The notes: generated by a model from the letters alone, not told the origin. A stretch of 64,000 nt of DNA from Acutalibacteraceae bacterium (GCA_045655905.1 JAZOQF010000193.1:1102-65101), one strand, 5' to 3'; numbered from the stretch's first letter, positions 35,460-47,044 are shown. Numbers and translations are program-made.

Positions 35460-38400
35460 TACTCTGACTTCCTCAACAAATAATCAACCTCTCCCGCATC
35501 ATTCAATATAATGCGGAGAATGGGGTCAAATCCTGTTTCTTTATAGGTCTTTGGTACAAAAACATTACCGCGATAGATACCTGTCACCGCAAGATGGACA
35601 CCCTTTTTAAAGAAACTGTCCTCTAACACATCCTTTTCTCCATCTTCTTCTGAAGAAACTATATGTGTGTAACGAGCAAATTGTTGTTTAAAGACTTTAA
35701 TATCTACAACATCATGCTCTTTTGTTTGAATGGTAACAAGTCCTTTAATTTTGTCTTTGTCAATAACCGTACCCATAATCGTTCTTAATTTGTATTTAGG
35801 AACCGATCTGCCCTTAATCATCCAGAAGCCATCAAACTCATTTTCAACAAGTGAAGAAAGCGGGACAGTTTCAATAGGTAAAACTGTATTTGCAAGCGGA
35901 TGGGTGTTATAATAAAAACTTAAACTATCAAGCTCCCACTGCGAAGGGTCTCCACTTGCGTACTTCTCGTATTCTTCATCAAACAAAATTTTGTTTAATT
36001 TAGCAAGCAGTTCATCGTGATTTGCTTTGATGTAGGCTCTTGCCTTGTCCATGATGGAGTCATAAGTTGCGTCCCAAAGTTTTTCACTAATTACGCTAAC
36101 AATTACGCCGTCTTTTTCAACTTGCTTGACCTTACTCATATCAAAATGCTGACCATAAAATCTTAAACCATTGGCCTCATCTAAAATATAGTTGCTCATA
36201 AAACGCTGTTTACGAATATATTTTGTAAAGTTATAAACCTTAACACAGAAATCAAGCTCAGGCGGAATAAGACCTTTATTTACAAGCATTTGGAAGTTCT
36301 GCAAAGTTAAACGCTTTTTGGTATCTGCAATAGACTGAATAAAACTATACAAAATTTCTTCGGTGCTCTTGCCTTCGATGCGGTTAAAAGCGCCCGCTTT
36401 AATTAAGTTAATAACTTTATCTTTGCTAATTAACTTTTTACCGTCAGAAGCGACCATTCTTTGCACAAAGTCGTCAAGCGATGCGTAAGGTTGGTTGATA
36501 ATAATGTCGTGGATAACATTTTCACCAATTTTACTTATACCGCGCAATCCAAAACGCACAGTATTATTCTCAACATCAGGAGTAAAACCAAAGCGAGAAT
36601 TATTGATGTCTGGCAGCGCGACTTCGCCAGTCTGTCTAAACTTAATAATCGCAGTTGCCATCTTACCATATCTTACTTTTGTTTGTTTACGCTTGTCATC
36701 ATCGTCAATAAGTTCGAGTGTACCGGTTTCAACAAGATTATAAAAGTCTTCATCATTAATTGCGCCTGCGTCAACAGACAGACAGGCTGTTTTCCAATAA
36801 ATGTTGGGATAGAAATAGAACAAGTTCATTTCTTGCAATGCTATGTAAGAATATGCAGTTGTATGAATGTCGGAGAATGAATAACCTGCCTGCCGCAGAA
36901 TTTGAACATTCCACACATAATCCAGCAACTGTAACGATGTGCCGCGTTCCAATCCCTTGTTGTAAAAGAGTTGTCTACCTTGTTCAAGAACTTCTCTCTT
37001 TTTCTTCGCAACACCTTTACGCAAGATGTTTGCTTCTGCAATCGAGAATCCCGCAATTTCCTCATCCATACTCATCATCATCATTAATTCCTGAGAACCT
37101 GCAACACCATAAACAGGCAGCAAATATTTTTCAAGAATTCGCTGTTCTTTGAGAGTTAGACCGGCTTGAGTCATTTCCTCATACCATAGCCCAATATCGC
37201 GGCGATAAGCTGCATAAATATTTAGAGGCTGTTCTTTTCCATCTTCTGCCATAAGTCGCAGAATACTATTGATGGTAAGAAGCTCAAGCAAATTTGTTGG
37301 ATGAATAAGTTGTACCGCTTGTCCACCAACGGCAGTATCAAACTGAAAACAAGAAGGAATTTCTTTGTTAAAGAGTGCGTCCCACATACCCTTATTATCA
37401 TAATTTAGAACTTTTGGATCTAAATACTTTTGGTATGTTTTGCGAAGAGATCCTTGCCATTCCATCGCGCCATCTTCAAGCATCCAGTTCATACAAACTC
37501 GAATTTTGTCCAGTGCTTCAACTGTCAGATAGTCATACTTTACGCCAGACATCTGTTCGCTATCACCGAGGTCAAAAGCAGTTACAAGAACTCCCGCAGA
37601 AGTTTTCATGACAGAATTAGAACGCCAAACAGGCTCATTTAATGCCAAAACACCAGATGCGTGACAGGTTAAAGAAGTTACAAGACCCTCAATTTTGGAA
37701 GCTACCTCCCACAACATAGGATACTTATTAATTTCTTCTACAAAAGCCTGAATTGGTTTATGCTCATCATCGCCCAAATAACATTGACGAAGTGTCCAGT
37801 CAAAACCGCGGTTGTTAGGAATCATCGCAGTCAAATAACTACCAACATCTTCGTTAATTTCAAGACCCTTAATTGCTGCATTGATTGCACCTTTTGCTTT
37901 TTCTGTACCGAATGCGCATACATGGATAAGGTCACCACCGATATTGCGGAAGTAATCTTGTACCTTGTTAAATACTGCAACTCGTTTAGATGCTTCTGTG
38001 TCAATATCAATATCTGGCAAACCAGGTCGGTCAGAGTGAATAAAGCGCCAAAATGGCAACTTTACGGGCTGGCTAAGCGGGTCAATCTGTGTGATACCAA
38101 GCAAATAATTGATAAGAGAACTTGCGGCAGAACCACGGGCAGGGCCAACAATAGAGTTCGCATCTTCCCACATAATGTCAATCATCTTTGCCATTGTGAT
38201 GAAGTAGTCAGACATGGATTGCTTTAATGCTTGACCAATTTTAAATAACTGCTCAAACTCATAATCCAATTCTATAACATATTCTCTCTCACGCTCCGCT
38301 GCAATTTTTTCATGCCACGGAGACACAAGCATATTAAGAAGATGAATATCTGCTTTATTTCCATTGACAATAACTTGTTGAATATAAGATGTTTCTTCTG

Positions 38401-39373
38401 GATACTTATTAACGACAGTACGATAAAATGGGTTCAGAGCTTCTTCTTCATAAACAATTTTAGGAATAACGGAAGTACGCGCGAGATTGTAACCTTGAAC
38501 TCTGGCTGCAATTTTGTTAGTATTATCCCGCATTTCCTCAATTATTTCAAGAGACAGTCCTTGTCCCACAAAATAAGAACAAATTTCTTCATAAGACATC
38601 AAATAAGCAGAAGAATAGAAACTATCTACTTCTCTGTCACCACTGCTTTTAGAGTTCAAAAAAATCTTATGAATTTTTCTGTCTGCTAATTTTAAGTAAT
38701 GGCTATCAGTTGTCATAATAAAAGGATACTTGTCCCAATAATGTTCAATCATATAATTATTGTAAAGTATCTGGTCCTCTTGTGTGGAAGGCTGCAGCTC
38801 GATAAAGAAGTTGTCCTTTCCAAACAGCTCTTGCATACCTTGCAAATGACGATCAATTGCTTCATATTCGCCAATTGAAAACATGGAACCGCAGTAGCCA
38901 CCAAGACAAGCAGTAGAAGCGACAACATGGCCAGGATTTTCACCAATAATTTCCCACAAGTCCTCACTAAAAGTAGGAGTTCTCATAATTGCGCGGACAT
39001 AACCTCTCGTCCATGCTCTGGAACTTATTTGTCTAATCTGCTCATGCCCGATGTCATCAAGAGCAATTAGAATAAGATGATAAAACTTTTCGCCTTTTTT
39101 ATGCGTTTCCTCTGTTAAGTCGCTTCTGCATAAATAAATTTCATTACCTAAAATAAGTTTATACTTTTCTTTTTGTTCGTCAGAAAAAGCTTTATTATAG
39201 TAATTCCAAGCCCTAATATGACCACTAACTGTATCATGGTCAGTAATTGCAAGAGCAGTAAGGCCTAACTCAAAGCCGTATTGGACAAGCTCTTCGACTT
39301 TATTAATACTATCAATTAACTTTAAATTAGACTGTTCTGTATGATTATGCAGACTTGCATATGACATACACAT
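35459..39373 (-). CDS. dnaE: DNA polymerase III alpha subunit (DnaE-type, 1304 aa)
   Basis: Track ORF with an N-terminal PHP domain (SLHNHTEQS...AITDHDTVSGH). Size and layout fit Pol III alpha. No in-frame TAG. Confidence 0.85.
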   Translation of the reverse strand: MCMSYASLHNHTEQSNLKLIDSINKVEELVQYGFELGLTALAITDHDTVSGHIRAWNYYNKAFSDEQKEKYKLILGNEIYLCRSDLTEETHKKGEKFYHLILIALDDIGHEQIRQISSRAWTRGYVRAIMRTPTFSEDLWEIIGENPGHVVASTACLGGYCGSMFSIGEYEAIDRHLQGMQELFGKDNFFIELQPSTQEDQILYNNYMIEHYWDKYPFIMTTDSHYLKLADRKIHKIFLNSKSSGDREVDSFYSSAYLMSYEEICSYFVGQGLSLEIIEEMRDNTNKIAARVQGYNLARTSVIPKIVYEEEALNPFYRTVVNKYPEETSYIQQVIVNGNKADIHLLNMLVSPWHEKIAAEREREYVIELDYEFEQLFKIGQALKQSMSDYFITMAKMIDIMWEDANSIVGPARGSAASSLINYLLGITQIDPLSQPVKLPFWRFIHSDRPGLPDIDIDTEASKRVAVFNKVQDYFRNIGGDLIHVCAFGTEKAKGAINAAIKGLEINEDVGSYLTAMIPNNRGFDWTLRQCYLGDDEHKPIQAFVEEINKYPMLWEVASKIEGLVTSLTCHASGVLALNEPVWRSNSVMKTSAGVLVTAFDLGDSEQMSGVKYDYLTVEALDKIRVCMNWMLEDGAMEWQGSLRKTYQKYLDPKVLNYDNKGMWDALFNKEIPSCFQFDTAVGGQAVQLIHPTNLLELLTINSILRLMAEDGKEQPLNIYAAYRRDIGLWYEEMTQAGLTLKEQRILEKYLLPVYGVAGSQELMMMMSMDEEIAGFSIAEANILRKGVAKKKREVLEQGRQLFYNKGLERGTSLQLLDYVWNVQILRQAGYSFSDIHTTAYSYIALQEMNLFYFYPNIYWKTACLSVDAGAINDEDFYNLVETGTLELIDDDDKRKQTKVRYGKMATAIIKFRQTGEVALPDINNSRFGFTPDVENNTVRFGLRGISKIGENVIHDIIINQPYASLDDFVQRMVASDGKKLISKDKVINLIKAGAFNRIEGKSTEEILYSFIQSIADTKKRLTLQNFQMLVNKGLIPPELDFCVKVYNFTKYIRKQRFMSNYILDEANGLRFYGQHFDMSKVKQVEKDGVIVSVISEKLWDATYDSIMDKARAYIKANHDELLAKLNKILFDEEYEKYASGDPSQWELDSLSFYYNTHPLANTVLPIETVPLSSLVENEFDGFWMIKGRSVPKYKLRTIMGTVIDKDKIKGLVTIQTKEHDVVDIKVFKQQFARYTHIVSSEEDGEKDVLEDSFFKKGVHLAVTGIYRGNVFVPKTYKETGFDPILRIILNDAGEVDYLLRKSE

Positions 39374-39408
39374 CGTAAAACTACCTCACATTCTTTTATA
39401 CTATAATA

Positions 39409-39437
39409 ATTATAACGCATTTTTCGTTAAAATGCAA
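39409..39437 (-). promoter_or_regulatory. possible promoter for polymerase gene
   Basis: Minus strand TTGCAT-17 bp-TATAAT. Confidence 0.4.
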
Positions 39438-39834
39438 TTTCCCATTCCAAAAAATAAGCTATCGCAATCAAAAAAGCCATAATATCAGCAGATGTATAGT
39501 ACGCTTCCGGAATTGCGGGATAGGAGGCTAAATACAATCCAAGATCAAAAACCGCAGTTTCTTCTTCAAACTGTTCTGTAATGGCTTCTGCAGTTTCAAA
39601 TATCTGCTCAAAAATATAATCAAAGTCAATATTTTGAGTTTCTTGTGTTAACTTGAAAACCTTAATGTATTGCGTCATAGCCTTTTCAAGCGCGGTTTCG
39701 ACAACACTGCTGTTGGTTATAATCGCGCGAGCCACCTCGGCGACGTCGCAATTAAAAATTGCGACCTCGTAACTCAAAGTGGTGGTATCTTTTAGTTTAA
39801 TCTTTTTAAAAACTTTCTTTAAATTAACTCTCAA
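39427..39834 (-). CDS. hypothetical protein (135 aa)
   Basis: Track ORF overlapping the recJ stop. Confidence 0.6.
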   Translation of the reverse strand: MRVNLKKVFKKIKLKDTTTLSYEVAIFNCDVAEVARAIITNSSVVETALEKAMTQYIKVFKLTQETQNIDFDYIFEQIFETAEAITEQFEEETAVFDLGLYLASYPAIPEAYYTSADIMAFLIAIAYFLEWEIAF

Positions 39835-41585
39835 AACAAGCTCCTTGCCGCGACTTCTTCAAACTCAAAACCTTCGATTTTGATTTGAGGATCTGTGCGA
39901 CCATTCCAAGTATTTAATTCGACCTTGCCGACGATTTTACATTTAATATTGCCGACTCCATCAAGCTGCTCTGCAAGTTGAGCCTTTTTTAGAGCAACGC
40001 AACTTAATTGACCAACCTTAATTCTGACAGAACTTCTGTCTTGCCCCATAATAAAGATGTTTTGCGCGGGAACATATGCCTCAATAGCAAATCGAGGCTC
40101 TGGAATTCCGGTTGTATACAGGTATCGTTGATTAGCAAAATTAAGAAGTAAACTTTGGTTTACACTTTCCTTAAAAATCTGTTCGACTTCAATAAAGTCG
40201 GTGCCGAAATCAATAGAAGCAAGGGCTTCATTACTGCGAGCAATAAATGCTTTTAATTCGCTTGCCTTAATGCTTGTACCAAAAGCAAAGTCATGGCCTT
40301 CTGCATAAATTACAGCAGGATCTTTCTTCATAAACTGCAAGAAAGAATTGAAACCTTCTGCCTTTGCGGCTCTGGCACTACCAGAATATGCGTGAATTTC
40401 AGTTGTCACTTCTACTCCGTCAATAATCTGTGTGACCTTTTCTTTTCTCGCACGCAAAACAAGCGCAGGCTTCTTATATTCCTTTTGCAGCTCCATGGCG
40501 ATAAGTCCATTAAGTGTAGAAGGGCATCCAACAGACTCTGCGTCTGTCACAATTGCAATAATAATCTTGTTTTTATCGGCTCCTTCTTTTTCAATTTTGC
40601 TTTTCAGAGCCAAGAAATACTTATTCTTTTTACGGTCTTGGCGAGTTTTCGTATTATACGAAAGTCGCGCAATTTCGTCTCGGTCTAACATAGTTGTTTT
40701 TGAGCCTTCAAGAAAACCGCGGAAAAGTAAGCTTTTTTCTTCTTGAGTGCCTTCGCGAATTACGCCATTAACAATGGGCGACACATAGAATACAATTTCA
40801 GTCTTTGTAGGAAGATTAACATCCTTAATACTGAAAGCCTGTTTCTTCAACAAAGCAGCGAGCATTGCATTTTTGATATTATGTAAACCTTTGTATACAA
40901 TATAGTTATTATCCAAAGTGCGCATATCCATACAGTCGCTTAAAATTCCAAGCGCTGCGAGGTCATAAAAGTCAGAAGCTCGCACAAAAAGGTCGGGATA
41001 GACTTCATCATAAGCCTCAATAACTTTTAGCACCATTCCAGCGCCGCTTAGCGCTTTATTACTAAAATGGGGACTGGTTTGATTATTTACCAACACAACA
41101 TTCTCGTGATAGAATCTTCCGTCAACATGGTGGTGGTCGATAATAATAACTTTCTTTCCCATATTTACAAGTTCTTCCTATTGCTGTAAGTTCATACTAC
41201 CGGCATCTGGAACAACCACATAATCGCAGCCGTGCGGAATTCTATTCATAATAATTCCGTGCTCTTTTCCATCGTGCAACATCCATTCGATTTTTGCTTC
41301 GGGATATCTGCGAATGAAATAATTATAGAAAATTGAAGAAGAAGTGTAACCATCAGTATCACTATCTACAATTAAGAAGATTGAGGCATTATTAACAAAA
41401 GCTTCATGCAAAAATTGGATACATTTGTGTATATCTTCCAAAAGCCAATGGCTGAGTCTATCCTCCGAGGGAGGAGTTCTCAAAAAATGGTCTGGTTCTT
41501 CAACCCCCAAACTAACCAAATACTCTTTTACTGGGTCGGAGCTAAGGGGATTAATTGCTCCTTTTCTCAATTTGTACTTTAACAT
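39831..41585 (-). CDS. recJ: RecJ-like DHH-family ssDNA exonuclease (584 aa)
   Basis: Track ORFs 41178-41585 and 39831-41162 share a frame and are joined through TAG 41178. Motifs IVDSDTDGYTSS, VVVPDAGS and IIIDHHH. Confidence 0.75.
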
Positions 41586-42655
41586 TATAAATAAATTCTA
41601 TTAGAATAGATCCTTTCAAAAATTTCTTTTCCCTTATCAATGGGAGAGTCTTTGTAGTCCAAAAGACCATCAAAGTCAATTAGTACACACACAGTAAAAA
41701 AGTTTTTTAAAGAAGCGGCTATTCGTTTATATTCTTCACGCTTTGCCCGCAATGTCGCATAATCATAATAGTCTGCGTCATATGCCAATACGACTTCTCT
41801 AATTCCGAGTTTAAGTAGTTGTCTAATTTGTTGTTGAGATATTGTTTTTCCAAGTGTCGCGACAGAGCAATTATTTTGTGGGCCATAATAAGTGTCCATT
41901 TTCATAACACTTTTTTCAGACTCGAAGATAATTGCGCGACGAGCTTTTTTTATTGTGTTTTTATTGTGAAAAATACCATACAAAGTAGCGGAACTTGGGT
42001 GGCTTAAAACCTTTCCGTTCCAAATAATTGGGCGGTATTTGGCAGGGGCGTCTTCATTTAAAAAGCGCCCACGAATACTGATTAAGTTTCCTTCTGTATC
42101 TCTATTTGGAATTATAATACAATTTTCTATCGGGTCATACATAATTCCATATTTTTGAAGAGTTTTATCGTCAATACCTTCGTCACGCCAAAGATCCAGC
42201 GCAGGGTCATCACTTAAAAATCTTTCCAAAACTATTTCATCAAGTAGCGGCAAAGGAATATCGGTATATTTTTGTTTTAGTAAGTTATATAAGTAATTGA
42301 TATCGGCTTCTGTTGTAGAATTTTCTTCGCCTAATTTTCTTAATCCTTCTGTGTCTATGCCACATAACCGAATTGCTTGAAAAAGATTTATCTCATTTCC
42401 GCGCATCTTCTCCATTTTCATTAAAAGCTCAAAAATGTCAAAGGCACTATCGCATTCGGTATAACATTTAAAAATCTTGCTATCAAAATAATAATATAAC
42501 TTGTTGCTTCCGCCATCAAGATTGTGGCAGCAGGTAGGAAAAACAAAGGAACTGCTCGTTTCTCGTACCGGAGATACATCATAACGCGCTAAAATACGCA
42601 ATATATCATCCGGAGTTAACTTTTCCCGCAGTTCCTCAAAATCTATATTACTCAT
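41585..42655 (-). CDS. dnaG: DNA primase (DnaG-like, 356 aa)
   Basis: Track ORF with a CHC2-type zinc finger (CCHNLDGG...KCYTEC) and TOPRIM acidic motifs (IIFESEKS, LAYDAD). Confidence 0.7.
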   Translation of the reverse strand: MSNIDFEELREKLTPDDILRILARYDVSPVRETSSSFVFPTCCHNLDGGSNKLYYYFDSKIFKCYTECDSAFDIFELLMKMEKMRGNEINLFQAIRLCGIDTEGLRKLGEENSTTEADINYLYNLLKQKYTDIPLPLLDEIVLERFLSDDPALDLWRDEGIDDKTLQKYGIMYDPIENCIIIPNRDTEGNLISIRGRFLNEDAPAKYRPIIWNGKVLSHPSSATLYGIFHNKNTIKKARRAIIFESEKSVMKMDTYYGPQNNCSVATLGKTISQQQIRQLLKLGIREVVLAYDADYYDYATLRAKREEYKRIAASLKNFFTVCVLIDFDGLLDYKDSPIDKGKEIFERIYSNRIYL

Positions 42656-44186
42656 AGTCTTCCAAGTTAATCCTTTCTACTTCACATTCAAGTGTTGGTA
42701 TATCTGTTAAAATTTCATATCCTGTTGTTGTTATTAGAATGTCGCGTGTGCGGCAAGTACCATAATTAAAGTTTCTAAAAATCTTTACATTACACATTTT
42801 TCCGCGACGGTTTTTGTAAATGTCAATTACAATGTTTGGAAGCGGCAGTTTCGACTCTTCACAGTATGTTCTTACCTGCTGCAATTCTTCATCGGGGCAT
42901 CTGATACCAATCATCGCTACGTCAACCTTATCTACGATTGATTTTGCGCCTCGGATCATGTTCGCATTACGAATTGTTTTTCCTTCCCAACTGCCGTTCA
43001 GCTGGGTACCGGTCATAAGAAATACATTATAAGTCGCCGCAATTTCCTTCAATGTATTGGAAAGAAGCATTAACACTACATCTTCACGAAGGCCAACTCC
43101 AGAAAATTCGCTCATTAGTCCTGCAGAAGTAAAAATATAATCATAAAAAATATATTCTATATCTTCTTTTAAAATGTAGTTTGTAATCATACTCTTTAAA
43201 CTTTGCACAGACGGGTTCGGAATCATCTCTATAACAAAATTCTTTTCATACTTTTCCATAATTGAAGCAGCAATGTTTAACAATCGAATTTCATCGTCTG
43301 AACAAGTGTTCATCAAAATCTTTTCTTCATCAACACCACTGATATACGCAAGAATCATTGTTTGGATTTCATCTGCCTGTTGCTCTGTAGCAATATACAA
43401 AACTGGGTGTAGATAATCACTAATTACAATTTTACCATTCTCTATGCGTGGAAAAGCAATAGAACAGGCATTTCCTACCATTGTTCTACTTTTACCACCA
43501 CCGCTATTAGAGGAATACATATACATTTTACCTTTTCTGCAACCTCTTGTAGCATAATTTAAGATTGTTCCTTCTATTGGCAAACCAATTTCTGGCTCTT
43601 GACTTAAATTTTTCAATAACGTTCTGATGCCTTTTGCGGCATATTGTCCTCTTGCATCTTGTTTGGCAAGATTTTGATTTTCTACAAGCTGAATTTTGTT
43701 TCTAATTCTACCCAAAATGTCTTGTATTGAGAGTTGATTAAACTTAATTTCTTCGTCTTCGCTATTTAACAAATTCGGGTTATAGAACTCGTTAATGTTG
43801 AAGCCTTTTCGCCGCAATTCCCTTAATACAGAGAATTTTTTAAGTCTATCATAATATAGATTAAATTGTCCAATATCAAATTCTTCGGTTAACTCATACA
43901 AATAATTTAACAATGTGATGCCATCTTGATCACTATAATATTGATATTGGTTTTGGTACGCTGTAAGATAAAGGTCGATATTATTCGGTGTTATCTTTTC
44001 CGCACCTTGAAATGATAAGTTGTAAACTGCGCCAAAAATTATTGTATACAGTTTTTCGTCAAAATCGTCAACTGTTAAGATATATTTATCTTCCAAATAC
44101 AACAAACTCGGCTGATGCATTAGCCCCCCTATAACATATTGAGCGGCATAAGCATCAAAGAGGGGCGCCTGATTTACTTTATTCAT
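42648..44186 (-). CDS. dnaB: replicative DNA helicase (DnaB-like, 512 aa)
   Basis: Track ORF with a DnaB-type N-terminal domain and Walker A SNSGGGKSR. Confidence 0.75.
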   Translation of the reverse strand: MNKVNQAPLFDAYAAQYVIGGLMHQPSLLYLEDKYILTVDDFDEKLYTIIFGAVYNLSFQGAEKITPNNIDLYLTAYQNQYQYYSDQDGITLLNYLYELTEEFDIGQFNLYYDRLKKFSVLRELRRKGFNINEFYNPNLLNSEDEEIKFNQLSIQDILGRIRNKIQLVENQNLAKQDARGQYAAKGIRTLLKNLSQEPEIGLPIEGTILNYATRGCRKGKMYMYSSNSGGGKSRTMVGNACSIAFPRIENGKIVISDYLHPVLYIATEQQADEIQTMILAYISGVDEEKILMNTCSDDEIRLLNIAASIMEKYEKNFVIEMIPNPSVQSLKSMITNYILKEDIEYIFYDYIFTSAGLMSEFSGVGLREDVVLMLLSNTLKEIAATYNVFLMTGTQLNGSWEGKTIRNANMIRGAKSIVDKVDVAMIGIRCPDEELQQVRTYCEESKLPLPNIVIDIYKNRRGKMCNVKIFRNFNYGTCRTRDILITTTGYEILTDIPTLECEVERINLEDYE

Positions 44187-44190
44187 TTGT

Positions 44191-44550
44191 TCACACCAAC
44201 TGATTTAAATCAATTGCCTTTCTGCTTGTTTTTGAATTTTCAGAGGGCTTATATTTTATAACTTTTGCTTGCCCTTGATTCGCAGCTCTCTTTTGAGCTT
44301 CTCGCGCCTTTCGTTCTTGTTCGAAATAGCGGCGAGCCTCGTCAATAACGAAGGGGACTATGCCGATGCCATATTTTAAGTCAACGGTTTTGCCCTGAAT
44401 GTCTGTAAAATAACACAAAGCACGAGCAATGTCTTTATAACTATACCCGTGCTCTGTTACATATTTGTTAATTTGCCGCAGGATCATATCATTACATTTA
44501 TTAATGTTAAATAAATCACAAATAAAAGTAACAAGTTCCTGTTTTGTCAT
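44191..44550 (-). CDS. hypothetical protein, possible replisome organizer/helicase loader (119 aa)
   Basis: Track ORF. The function call is from position upstream of dnaB only. Confidence 0.55.
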   Translation of the reverse strand: MTKQELVTFICDLFNINKCNDMILRQINKYVTEHGYSYKDIARALCYFTDIQGKTVDLKYGIGIVPFVIDEARRYFEQERKAREAQKRAANQGQAKVIKYKPSENSKTSRKAIDLNQLV

Positions 44551-44556
44551 ACAATA

Positions 44557-45546
44557 TTATACCAGTAGATCACTCAAAGAAGTGAAGGCAACCTGCAATT
44601 TTTCAAGTGTTGCCGCGGACTCCGTTAAAGCGGAAAGCCGCTCGCCCTTAAAGATGTTAAATAAAATTGTGTTAACTTCGTTTTCTTTGCCTCGTTCAGT
44701 TGCTTGGACGGCTGTGTCAATAGTCTTTTGCAGAAGAACCGCAAAATCTTCTTTACCTTGTTCATAAAGATTTACAGGCACAATCGCATCAGGCATCTGT
44801 CTTCCTTCTTCCTCATACTGTCTCTGAATTGCAACTGCAAATTCATGCTGCAGATTTTCATATGTAAACTCGAAACGAGGAGACAAAAACTTACTTCTGG
44901 TTTTAGTGTCAATGTCCACAAGGTTAGAATAAGCATAAACAGTGGGGGTTCCGTCCGCGTCACCGTCGCGTGGTTCCTTATGTAAGAAAAGACAGAAGTC
45001 AGACAGACCCTTAATAATGAGGTCAGGTCGTTTATCGATGTCCATTTTTACAACCGTGGTTTTTTGCTTTGTAACTTTGTCTTCGCGCTCAACTTCATCA
45101 CTATGGGCAATAAGAATTAATCCATATCCCATCTGCGGAATTGCGCGGACAGTGTCTTCAAATTCAAGACGAATCTTTTTCCAGCCCATACCAAATGCAC
45201 CGGCTTGACCAGGTTCGTCAACGCCCATCTGGGTTAACATATACTTGTAGCAAAGTTGATAAAGTTCGCCGACAGTATCAATTGCGATAATATCAAAACG
45301 ATCTTTGTTCTTTTGCATACCAAGCTGTTTTACCGCAGACTTGAAGTCGGACCAGCTCTGAATGAGAATTGGCATAGCACCATTGATAAGTTTAAAACCT
45401 GCTTCACAAGCAAGAAGAAGGTGTCGAGGGAAAGAACAGGCGACAGAAGTTTTTCTTGTCGCCATCTCTCCGTAAAATAACCAAGTTTTGTCAGACAAAT
45501 TAGGAGTTACAACATTAGGTTGCACATTATCTAAATTTACTGCCAT
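44557..45546 (-). CDS. RecA-fold ATPase, Sak4-like recombination protein (329 aa)
   Basis: Track ORF with degenerate Walker A YGEMATRKTS and Walker B IIAIDTVGE. Confidence 0.5.
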   Translation of the reverse strand: MAVNLDNVQPNVVTPNLSDKTWLFYGEMATRKTSVACSFPRHLLLACEAGFKLINGAMPILIQSWSDFKSAVKQLGMQKNKDRFDIIAIDTVGELYQLCYKYMLTQMGVDEPGQAGAFGMGWKKIRLEFEDTVRAIPQMGYGLILIAHSDEVEREDKVTKQKTTVVKMDIDKRPDLIIKGLSDFCLFLHKEPRDGDADGTPTVYAYSNLVDIDTKTRSKFLSPRFEFTYENLQHEFAVAIQRQYEEEGRQMPDAIVPVNLYEQGKEDFAVLLQKTIDTAVQATERGKENEVNTILFNIFKGERLSALTESAATLEKLQVAFTSLSDLLV

Positions 45547-45562
45547 AACCAGTTACCTCAAA

Positions 45563-46435
45563 TTAAATCAAAGAGCTTCTACGAGTAATTGCGCCCATTG
45601 CGGCAGCAGCAGGAGAAGCAGGAGCTGCGGGAGCAGAGCTTTCCTTTGCGGCAGCCAGACGAGCTGCATCGGCGTCCTTATAAGCCTGAATGAAGCGAGT
45701 GATTACTTCCTCGGAGTAGCAGTTGGGAGAATCTACATCATAAGGCTCATTACCGCCCTTAATGCGATATACCTTTTCTACAGAAGTATAAGTCTTAGAA
45801 ACAGGGTTACCAAATGCAACTTCTTCAGTCTTGGTTACAGAACGACTGGTATACTGGATTTCACCATTGAAACATACACTTGCGCCAGGCAGGTAATGTG
45901 CCTCAATTGCGGAAGCGATATTCAGGTCGTCCTTGTCAATGTCAAAGCGAACAATCTGAATAGCGGTATCGTTGTAGTTAGCCTGTGCAACTTCAATACG
46001 GTATCCAATAACATTGCCTTCACGGTCGGTGCGCTCATAAATGGGCTTAACGACGAAGCCGTTAAACTCAAAAGTGATTGCATCTACTGCATCGGCTCTC
46101 GCGGCGCTAACGAACTTAGCGTAAACTTCATTAAACTTTCTAATGGTGCCTTCCTGAGTTACCATAGAACCCTCACGAAGCTCAGCGGTTACGCGAACAC
46201 GCTTATTCAGGTATGCCTCGAGAGTAGAGAAAGTCTGATATGCCTTGCTGACGGAACCATCCTTGGTGAGCTCAAAAGCAAGAACCTTGAGGTCAATAAG
46301 GTTTTCTACGCCATTACTTACAGACTTTACAACAAGTTTGCCGTTGATATACTTTCTACCATCGGCGGTCTGGCGGATAGAGGTATCCACTTCAACAACT
46401 GTACCCACCACAAATACTTTATTAATCTTTTCCAT
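45563..46435 (-). CDS. putative ssDNA-binding protein (290 aa)
   Basis: Track ORF next to the recombinase, with GC3-rich high-expression-type codon usage. The OB-fold assignment is a guess. The antisense ORF 45488-46459 is rejected. Confidence 0.4.
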   Translation of the reverse strand: MEKINKVFVVGTVVEVDTSIRQTADGRKYINGKLVVKSVSNGVENLIDLKVLAFELTKDGSVSKAYQTFSTLEAYLNKRVRVTAELREGSMVTQEGTIRKFNEVYAKFVSAARADAVDAITFEFNGFVVKPIYERTDREGNVIGYRIEVAQANYNDTAIQIVRFDIDKDDLNIASAIEAHYLPGASVCFNGEIQYTSRSVTKTEEVAFGNPVSKTYTSVEKVYRIKGGNEPYDVDSPNCYSEEVITRFIQAYKDADAARLAAAKESSAPAAPASPAAAAMGAITRRSSLI

Positions 46436-46536
46436 TTTAATTCTCCAATCTGTTATTAATATTTTAATCTGTGTTCTTTATCGTTAGTTTGTTTAATTTA
46501 TTAACTATTTTAATAAAGTATCAAAATATTTAAGCA

Positions 46537-46565
46537 GGGGATGTTACAGCCCAAATAACATCCCC
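46537..46565 (-). terminator. hairpin terminator
   Basis: GGGGATGTTA-9 nt-TAACATCCCC. Confidence 0.55.
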
Positions 46566-46602
46566 ACTTTTAATTATTTAAACTTCTAAGTGTTAGAACG
46601 AA

Positions 46603-46887
46603 TTACGCACCGAAAGCGCGGCCAGCGTCAGTCAGGTGGTAAGTAGTGTAGGGCTTAGTGCCAGTCTTACCAGCCTTGTCGGTGTAAGCAGCCTCGCGAG
46701 AGCCCTTAGCAACGAGCTCATTCTTAACGAGGGAGTTCATAACACCATGAATACCCTTGGGATTGAGACCCAGAGCTGCAGCGATATCTGCACCGAAGTA
46801 ACCCTCGTCACCGCAATCGTTTGCTCTCATCCACTGAAGTACTGCCTCACAGTTCTCTGTAAGCTTAATTTCTACCATTTCTGCCAT
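46603..46887 (-). CDS. small winged-helix-like DNA-binding protein (94 aa)
   Basis: Track ORF with GC-rich biased codons, AAGGAGAAA RBS, a long leader and its own promoter 46982-47010. Confidence 0.5.
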   Translation of the reverse strand: MAEMVEIKLTENCEAVLQWMRANDCGDEGYFGADIAAALGLNPKGIHGVMNSLVKNELVAKGSREAAYTDKAGKTGTKPYTTYHLTDAGRAFGA

Positions 46888-46981
46888 TTTTAAATTTCTC
46901 CTTGTAATTAAAAGTTTTTGTTTGTTTTTTTATTTTTTAGTTCAGAGAAGAGTGGGCTTTTCTCTCCCTTTTACTATATAT

Positions 46982-47010
46982 AGTATATCACAATTTTCGC
47001 TCTAAATCAA
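46982..47010 (-). promoter_or_regulatory. sigma70/sigmaA-type promoter
   Basis: Minus strand TTGATT-17 bp-TGaTATACT. Confidence 0.55.
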
Positions 47011-47044
47011 TTTTTTAGAAGCTATATCTCAAACTTGACTTTTC